From an uncultured delta proteobacterium (GTDB lineage: Bacteria; Desulfobacterota; Binatia; HRBIN30; BPIQ01): a stretch of DNA of 64,000 bases. Made by a program: the position numbers and the translations under genes. The notes beneath the pieces are model-generated. The model worked only from the letters and a program-made list of their open reading frames with translations. It was not told the origin of the DNA and did no database searches. The stretch lies in assembly GCA_963761335.1 (NCBI GenBank), contig CAVXGR010000017.1, positions 224,001 to 288,000 of the forward strand. Direction: 5' to 3'. Positions 54,813-64,000 of this stretch are shown one piece after another. Within the stretch, counting starts at the first letter, position 1. Each line of letters starts with the position of its first letter.

Positions 54813-56076
54813 AGCACTCGTTGCGCGTCAAATCCTCCACCGTCTCGCGGCGCGAGATCAGGTAGGGCTTGTCGCCCTCGAGCCACACCTGCGGGGCGCG
54901 GCCGATGGAGTTGTAGTTGGAGCTCATGGCGGCGCCGTAGGCGCCGGCGTCGTGGATCACCGCCAGCTCCCCGGGACGGGGCTCCGGCAGCAGACGCGGC
55001 TCGACGAGCTCCTCGGCGTTGCGGGTGAAGACATCGCCGGATTCGCACAGCGGGCCGGCCACCGCCGTCGGCACCAGCGGCGCGCGGCTGCCGGGGATCG
55101 AGATGTGGTGGTATGAGCCGTACATCGCCGGGCGCACGAGGTCGCAGAAGCCCGCGTCGACCATGGTGAAGGTCTGCCCCGGCCCCTTGTCGTTGCTGCG
55201 CGTCTGCTTGACGTCGGTGATCCGCGTCACCAGCACTCCCGCGGGAGCGACGAAGGAACGTCCCGGCTCGATCTCCACGCGGATCGGGCGCCCGGCGCGC
55301 CGGCTGAGATCGTCGCCAATGCGCCGCAGAGTGCGGCCGCATTCCTCGATGTCGATGGCGGCGCCATCGGGCCGATAGGGGTAGGGAATGCCGCCGCCGA
55401 AGTTCACGGCGCGGGCGTCGGGGTAGTCGCCGATGCGCTCGGCGAAGAAATCGCCGAGGCGGGAGAGATTGGTGGAGAACTCGGCGATTGCCGGCCCGGT
55501 GCCGATGTGGGCGTGCAGGAGGACGATGGGGTAGCAGAGACGGCCGGCCTCCTGGCGCCAGCGCTCGACGTCTTCGTACCAGAGACCGTGCTTGGAGCTC
55601 GGCCCGCCGGTGTCGCAGGATTGCACGTGGCCATGGCCGAAGCCGGGATTGAAGCGGAAGCCGACCGGGCCGCGGTAGCCGGCCTCGCGGAGCGCCTGCA
55701 GCATTCCCGGCGAGCCGATGTTCGGCAGGATGCCGTTGGCGAGGATCACCTCCAGGGCATTGTCGCGGAAGACGTCGGCGGAGAGCAGCACCACGGGGGG
55801 CTCGGCACCCATGCGAAAGCCAGCGGCGCGGGCGCGCAGCACCTCGTTGCCGGAGACTGCGTCGATCCAGACGCCGTGCTCGCGCAGCTCTTCGAGGACG
55901 CGTCGCGCCGAGCACGCCTTCATGGCGTAGCGAGCCTGCAGGTCGCCTCCGGGAGCGATCTGGCGCAACGCCGCGATGCGGGCGCGCAGCGTCACCGCGT
56001 CGTAGAGATAGAAGGGCGTGCCCACGCGGGCCGCAATTCCCTCCAGGTCGACACGCTCGAACCAGTCCGACGGCAT
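54799..56076 (-). CDS. lysA: Diaminopimelate decarboxylase
   Basis: GTPFYLYD, YAMKA, SKHG, HAHIG, NFGGG, EPGR, GPLCESGD, GAYG..MSSNYN. Confidence 0.9.
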   Translation of the reverse strand: MPSDWFERVDLEGIAARVGTPFYLYDAVTLRARIAALRQIAPGGDLQARYAMKACSARRVLEELREHGVWIDAVSGNEVLRARAAGFRMGAEPPVVLLSADVFRDNALEVILANGILPNIGSPGMLQALREAGYRGPVGFRFNPGFGHGHVQSCDTGGPSSKHGLWYEDVERWRQEAGRLCYPIVLLHAHIGTGPAIAEFSTNLSRLGDFFAERIGDYPDARAVNFGGGIPYPYRPDGAAIDIEECGRTLRRIGDDLSRRAGRPIRVEIEPGRSFVAPAGVLVTRITDVKQTRSNDKGPGQTFTMVDAGFCDLVRPAMYGSYHHISIPGSRAPLVPTAVAGPLCESGDVFTRNAEELVEPRLLPEPRPGELAVIHDAGAYGAAMSSNYNSIGRAPQVWLEGDKPYLISRRETVEDLTRNECFTAL

Positions 56077-56226
56077 CTCTTCTCCCCGATGGGCCTCTTC
56101 TAGCGTGCCTGCCGCGGCGATGCCAGGAAGGCCGGGGATACGGCGGGCACGGGGTGCCAAACTTTGACTCGCCGGGCGCGGTGTGGTTAATCCAGCAGGT
56201 TCGCTTCCCCCGTTCGACCCCCATCC

Positions 56227-58820
<2,594 letters not shown>

Positions 58821-58824
<4 letters not shown>

Positions 58825-60428
58825 GAACGAGTCTGATGTATCGGGCCCTGTTGATGGTGGGGCTCACGGTGGCGGCGATCGTCATGCTGATCCCGTCGCT
58901 GGTGACCAACCTGCCCTCATGGTGGACGGCGATTCTGCCGACGGAGCACGTGCGTCTCGGCCTCGACCTGCGCGGTGGCACGCACCTGGTGCTGACCGTC
59001 GAGGTCGACAAGGCGATCGAGCACACCATGGAGCGCTACGTCGAGGAGATCAAGCACGAGCTGCCGAACGCCAAGATCCAGAACGCCAAGATCGAGCATC
59101 AGGGCCAGAAGGTCATCGTGCATCTCGCCAGCCCCGACGACGCCGTCGCCTTCAAGGACATGCTCGCCGAGCGCTTCGGCACCCTGACGGTGGAGGACAG
59201 CAGCATCGAGAGCGGTGCTCCGGTGCTGCGCGTCGGGCTGACCAAGCCGGAGGACCAGCGCCTGCGCGATTTCGCCGTGCAGCAGTCGATCGAGACGATC
59301 CGTAACCGCATCGACCAGTTGGGCGTCACCGAGCCGATCATCCAGCGGCAGGGCGATGACGGCATTCTCGTGCAGCTCCCCGGTATCCAGGAGCCGGAGC
59401 GCGCCAAGGATCTGATCGGCAGGACGGCCGTGCTGGAGTTCAAGCTCCTGCCCGCCGAGGCCACCAACCCCGCCCAGTACACGGAGCCGGGAAAGCAGCC
59501 GCCGCCGGGGACCACCCTGCTTTACGGTCCGGAGTACAACCCGGTGACCGGCACCACGCATCGCGTGCCCTATCTGGTCGAGAACCAGACGCTGATGACC
59601 GGGGACGTGGTCGCCGACGCGCGGGTTCGGCCGCAGACGAAGATGGAAGGCCCCTCGGTCGAGCTCGACCTGAATGCGCGCGGCGCCAAGATCTTCGACG
59701 AGATCACCGCCGCCAACGTCGGCCGGCGCATGGCGATCACTCTCGACAACACCGTCTACTCGGCGCCGGTGATTCGCGAGCGCATCAGCGGCGGGCGCGC
59801 CAACATCAGCGGCAGCTTCGACATCAAGGAGGCCCGCGATCTGGCGATCGTGCTGCGCGCCGGCGCCCTGCCGGCGCCGGTGGTCATCTCGGAGGAACGC
59901 ACCGTCGGCCCGACGCTGGGGGCGGACTCGATCCGCGAGGGCTTGCAGTCGTTCGCCGTGGGCGGGGCGCTGGTGCTGATCTTCATGGTCATCTACTACC
60001 GCTTTGCCGGGGTCCTCGCCGATATGGCGGTGATTCTCAACATCATCTTCCTGGCCGGCTCGATGGCGGCGCTGGGCTCGACCCTGACGCTGCCGGGGAT
60101 CGCCGGCATCGTCCTCACCCTGGGCATGGCGGTGGACGCCAACGTGCTCATCAACGAGCGCATCCGCGAGGAGCTGCGCCTCGGAAAATCGGCGCGCGCC
60201 GCCATCGACGCCGGCTACGAGCGCGCCCTTCCCGCCATTCTCGACAGCAACATCACCACCTTCCTCTCGGGAATCATTCTCTTTCAGTTCGGCTCGGGCC
60301 CGGTTCGGGGCTTTGCCGTAACTCTCTGCATCGGCATCGTCAGCTCCGTGATCACCGCCGTAGTCGGTACTCGCGTGGTCTACGACTACCTGCTGATGTA
60401 TCGACGGCTGCAGACGGTGAGCGTGTGA
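58821..60428 (+). CDS. secD: Protein translocase subunit SecD
   Basis: LGLDLRGG, RNRIDQLGVTEP, LRAGALP, GMAVDANV, DSNITT. Confidence 0.96.
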
Positions 60429-60429
60429 C

Positions 60430-61332
60430 ATGGAGCTGATCAGACCGGGTACCAACTTCGATTTCGTAAGCTTCCGCAAGACCGGATTCACGATCTCCGG
60501 CGTGCTGATCGCCATTGCCCTCATCTCGCTGATTGCCCATGGCGGGCCCAACTACGGCATCGACTTCGCCGGCGGCGTCATGGTGCACCTGCGCTTCGCC
60601 AAGGCGACGCCCATCGGCGAGATCCGCCAGGCGCTCGGCGGCATCCAGCTGGGCGAGTCGTCGATTCAGGACTTCGGCCCCGGCGGCACGGAGTTCCTGG
60701 TGCGCCTTCCCGAGGCGGCCAGTGAGACCAGCGGCGCCAGCGAGATCCTCACCCACGCGCTGCAGGAGAAGTTCGGCAAGGACGCCTTCCAGGTGCTGCG
60801 CGTCGAGCTGGTCGGACCACGGGTCGGCAAGGAGCTCCGCGAGCGCGCCATCCTCGCGGTGATCTTCTCGACCCTGATGATGGGCGCCTACATCTGGTTT
60901 CGCTTCGAGCTGCGCTTCGGCATCGGCGCCGCTGTGGCCCTGGTGCACGACGTCATCATCACCATGGGAGCGCTGTCGCTGCTCAACTATGAGTTCGATC
61001 TCACGGTCGTCGCCGCCCTGCTCACCGTGGTCGGCTTCTCGGTGAACGACACGGTGATCGTCTCGGATCGGATCCGCGAGAACCTGCGTAAGTTTCGCCG
61101 CGAGTCCCTGCCCGAGATCGTCAACCGCAGCATCAACGAGACGCTGAGCCGCACCATCCTCACCACCGGCACCGCGGTGCTGGTGATTCTGGCGCTCTTC
61201 TTTCTCGGCGGCAACGTGATCCGCGCCTTCGCCTTCACCCTGCTGGTCGGCTTTCTCATCGGCACCTACTCGTCGATCTACATCGCCAGCCCGATCGTGC
61301 TGCTGTTCGGCGGCGCCCCCAAGCGGCGCTGA
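60430..61332 (+). CDS. secF: Protein translocase subunit SecF
   Basis: GIDFAGG, VGPRVG, HDV, GFSVNDT..DRIREN, GTYSSI. Confidence 0.96.
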   Translation: MELIRPGTNFDFVSFRKTGFTISGVLIAIALISLIAHGGPNYGIDFAGGVMVHLRFAKATPIGEIRQALGGIQLGESSIQDFGPGGTEFLVRLPEAASETSGASEILTHALQEKFGKDAFQVLRVELVGPRVGKELRERAILAVIFSTLMMGAYIWFRFELRFGIGAAVALVHDVIITMGALSLLNYEFDLTVVAALLTVVGFSVNDTVIVSDRIRENLRKFRRESLPEIVNRSINETLSRTILTTGTAVLVILALFFLGGNVIRAFAFTLLVGFLIGTYSSIYIASPIVLLFGGAPKRR

Positions 61333-61338
61333 GGGAGG

Positions 61339-63042
61339 ATGGCGGCGCGCTGGATTCTCGCTCCGCGCCGTCCCGAGGCGGAGGCGACCCTCTGCCGCGA
61401 GCTGGCCGTCTCGCCGCGGCTGGCGCGCCTGCTGGCCAATCGCAATCAGGTCGCCCCGGCGACCGCCGCCGACTTTCTCGAGTCGAAGCTGTCGCGACAG
61501 CTGCGCTCGCCGCTGCTCTTCAGCGGCATGGCGGCGGCGTCGACGCGCGTCGTCGAGGCGATCAAGCGCGGTGAACGCATCGGCATATTCGGCGATTACG
61601 ACGTCGACGGCATCAGCGGCAGTGCCAGCCTCATCGCCTTCTTCCGCGCCCTCGGTCAGGACCCGGCGCTCTACATTCCCCATCGGGTGCGCGACGGCTA
61701 TGGGCTGAGCGACCGCGGCATGCGGGCTCTGGCGGAGCAGGGGTGCCGCGTGATCATCACCGTCGACTGCGGCGGCTGCTCGCACCGCGAGATCGGGGCG
61801 GCGCAGGAGAGCGGTATCGACGTCATCGTCTGCGACCACCATCAGGTGTCCGGGCGGCCCCTGCCGGCGCGCGCCGTGCTCAACCCCATCGAGCCGGATG
61901 CCGGGTTTCCGTTTCAGGGGCTGTGCGGCGCCGGCGTCAGCTTCTATCTGCTGCTCGGCACGCGCATGCGGCTGCGCGAGGAGGGAGGGGTGGCGGTTCC
62001 GGACCTGCGGCGTTGGCTGGATCTGGTCACTCTCGGAACCATCGCCGACATCGTTCCCATGCTCGAGGAGAACCGCGTGCTGGTGAAGTACGGCCTGCGC
62101 GAGATCGCCGCCAGTGTCCGTCCCGGAATGATGGCGCTCAAGTCCATCAGCGGCGTCAAGGCCGTCAACACCGGGGCGGTGGGCTTCCGGCTGGCGCCGC
62201 GTCTCAACGCCGGCGGCCGTCTCGCCGACGCCGCCAAGGCCGTCGACCTGCTCACCACCGACGACGCCGAGCGCGCCCGGCAGCTGGCCGAGGAGCTCGA
62301 TCAGGAGAACCGGACGCGGCGGGTGATCGAGGGCGAGATTCTCGCCGAGGCGCTGCGCCAGATCGAGGCGGACGGAGACTTCGCGGCCCGGCGCAGCATC
62401 GTGCTCGCTTCGGACGAGTGGCATCCCGGCGTCATCGGCATCGTCGCCTCGCGGCTCGTCGAGCGCTTCTATCGGCCCACGGCGCTCATCGCTCTCAACC
62501 CGGAGACCGGCCTCGGCCGCGGCTCCTGCCGCGGCATTCGCGGCGTGCATCTGTACCAGGTGCTGCAGCAGTGCGCCGCTCATCTCGAGGGCTTCGGCGG
62601 CCACCGCATGGCGGCGGGGATGACGATTCGCTCCGACCGTGTCGGCGACTTCGCCGTCGCCTTCGACGCCGCGGTGTCCTCGGCGACGTCGGCGCAGGAC
62701 TTCGTGCAGGAGGTGGTCGTCGACGACGCGCTCGACTTCGGCGAGGTCGACGACGCCCTGCTCGACGATCTCGACCGCCTCGAGCCCTTCGGTCCGGGAA
62801 ACGCCGAGCCGCTGTTCATCTCCCGCGGCGCCACCGTGCTGTCGCGGCGCGTCGTCGGCGAGTCGCACCTGCGCCTCTTCCTGCGACAGCAGGGCAGGGC
62901 GCTCGGCGCCATCGCCTTCGGCATGGCCGAGGCGCCAGTCGAGGTCGGCGACATCGTCGACCTGCTCGGCATACCCGAGCGCGACGACTGGAACGGCGGC
63001 GTATGCCTGCGCCTCAAGGCCCTCCGTCCGGCGGCAAAGTAA
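61339..63042 (+). CDS. recJ: ssDNA exonuclease RecJ
   Basis: GDYDVDG, TVDCG, DHH, GTIADIV, PRLNAGGR, GGH..AAG, EPFGPGN. Confidence 0.96.
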   Translation: MAARWILAPRRPEAEATLCRELAVSPRLARLLANRNQVAPATAADFLESKLSRQLRSPLLFSGMAAASTRVVEAIKRGERIGIFGDYDVDGISGSASLIAFFRALGQDPALYIPHRVRDGYGLSDRGMRALAEQGCRVIITVDCGGCSHREIGAAQESGIDVIVCDHHQVSGRPLPARAVLNPIEPDAGFPFQGLCGAGVSFYLLLGTRMRLREEGGVAVPDLRRWLDLVTLGTIADIVPMLEENRVLVKYGLREIAASVRPGMMALKSISGVKAVNTGAVGFRLAPRLNAGGRLADAAKAVDLLTTDDAERARQLAEELDQENRTRRVIEGEILAEALRQIEADGDFAARRSIVLASDEWHPGVIGIVASRLVERFYRPTALIALNPETGLGRGSCRGIRGVHLYQVLQQCAAHLEGFGGHRMAAGMTIRSDRVGDFAVAFDAAVSSATSAQDFVQEVVVDDALDFGEVDDALLDDLDRLEPFGPGNAEPLFISRGATVLSRRVVGESHLRLFLRQQGRALGAIAFGMAEAPVEVGDIVDLLGIPERDDWNGGVCLRLKALRPAAK

Positions 63043-63278
63043 AGTAAGGACGAGCAATCGCGTTCCCGTTTCCGGTTCTCATCCCCACGCAGTCGGCGGT
63101 TGCGGGAATTGAAGAAGTCTTGCGTTATTATATACTTGGTGCCTCTATTGAAGGCTGCGCTTCGCTCCAGTAGCACGCGGTTCCGCGGATCAGAACTTGA
63201 CTCGAATGGCGGCTCCTGTTACCGAGTTTCTCCCGTTGGTACCCACGCATCCGGGGGGGGGCAGAAAGTCGGAGTGCG

Positions 63279-63470
63279 ATGACAGATCGGGACGACGCCA
63301 TCCTAACGAGCAAAGAAGTCGCCTACATCCTGGACATGAGCCCGGACACGGTGAACGAGTTTGCGCGCAAGGGCATTCTCCCCGCCTTCAAGAAGGGGAG
63401 ACAGTGGCGCTTTCGCAGGCGCGAGATCGCCATGTTCAAGAGACAGTTCCAGGGAGCCACTGCAGCGTAG
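63279..63470 (+). CDS. Excisionase-like HTH (HTH_17) DNA-binding protein
   Basis: ILTSKEVAYIL..TV..G.LPAFKKGRQWRF. Confidence 0.8.
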   Translation: MTDRDDAILTSKEVAYILDMSPDTVNEFARKGILPAFKKGRQWRFRRREIAMFKRQFQGATAA

Positions 63471-63532
63471 TAGGAACCGGGACCGCCTGTCCGCCGCGGC
63501 ATGAGGTGAGAGGCAGGGGCACGAGGTAGGAT

Positions 63533-64000
63533 ATGCCACCAAGTCTACAGGCGACGCAGCCGCATCAGAGCAAGCTCTACTACGAGTTCTCGCATCTGTA
63601 TGACCGGCTCTTCTCGCGCGTCTTCTACCCGCGGATTGCCGCAGTGGTGGAATCGCTCAACATCCCCGGCGGCGCCCGGGTGCTCGAGGTGGGAGTGGGG
63701 ACCGGGCTCTCGCTCGATGCCTATCCGCCGCACTGCCAGGTCACTGGCATCGACCTGGCGCCGGACATGCTGGAGATCGCCCAGGACAAGGTCGACCGCA
63801 ACGGTTGGCGTCACATCGGCCTGATGGAGATGGACGCGCAGAACCTGACCTTCGCCGACAACACCTTCGACTATGCCATGGGATTTCACGTGGTCAGCGT
63901 GGTCCCCAAGGCGGACCTGCTGATGCGGGAGCTGGCGCGCGTCTGCAAGCCGGGCGCCACCGTCGTGGTGATCAATCACTTCCGCAGCCGCAACCCCGTG
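63533..64000 (+). CDS. Phospholipid N-methyltransferase PmtA-like (partial)
   Basis: Hand translation: LYDRLF..VLEVGVGTGLSL..GIDLAPDML..MDAQNLTFADNTFD..HVVSVVP..VCKPG..NHF; runs off the window. Confidence 0.8.
   Translation, partial: MPPSLQATQPHQSKLYYEFSHLYDRLFSRVFYPRIAAVVESLNIPGGARVLEVGVGTGLSLDAYPPHCQVTGIDLAPDMLEIAQDKVDRNGWRHIGLMEMDAQNLTFADNTFDYAMGFHVVSVVPKADLLMRELARVCKPGATVVVINHFRSRNPV

Noticed and set aside
56190..56226. tRNA fragment or preQ1 riboswitch upstream of queA (GGTTCG, GTTCGACCCC)
   Set aside because: No cloverleaf, and no preQ1 stem with A-rich tail

Overview
High-GC bacterial chromosomal segment, probably from a deltaproteobacteria-like lineage such as Ca. Binatia (inferred from gene content and style only, not verified). 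Coding content: a DUF3943 protein and a large Cys-rich surface protein; an 11-gene minus-strand operon joining most of a classical mevalonate pathway (mvd-pmk-fni-mvaA-mvk) to hopanoid synthesis (shc-hpnC-hpnD-hpnE-hpnG-hpnH); uvrC and comEC; an FrhB-family Fe-S flavoprotein followed by a PAS-HisKA-REC protein with no ATPase domain; E2/lipB; GST/dodecin; rubrerythrin-DUF3501-PerR; the alternative D-Glu peptidoglycan pair murL-murD2; moeB-purF-moaD-tkt; rpoZ-rpoH; lysA; and queA-tgt-yajC-secDF-recJ. I recognise no rRNA, tRNA, CRISPR array, transposase or integrase. The most unusual signal is non-coding. (1) Three gene-less units (25910-26339, 42679-42964, 42962-43388) share a left end (CTGCTTCGAAA..TTGGGT) and a hairpin right end (CATTTTC..GAGCC-GNRA-GGCTCATGA). 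Two are joined head-to-tail, rebuilding an attC-like imperfect hairpin, and they carry different palindromic cargo. (2) A three-layer nested palindrome encloses a 99-bp GTAG-REP tandem array (17589-18126). (3) Several short-tandem-repeat hairpins lie between genes.
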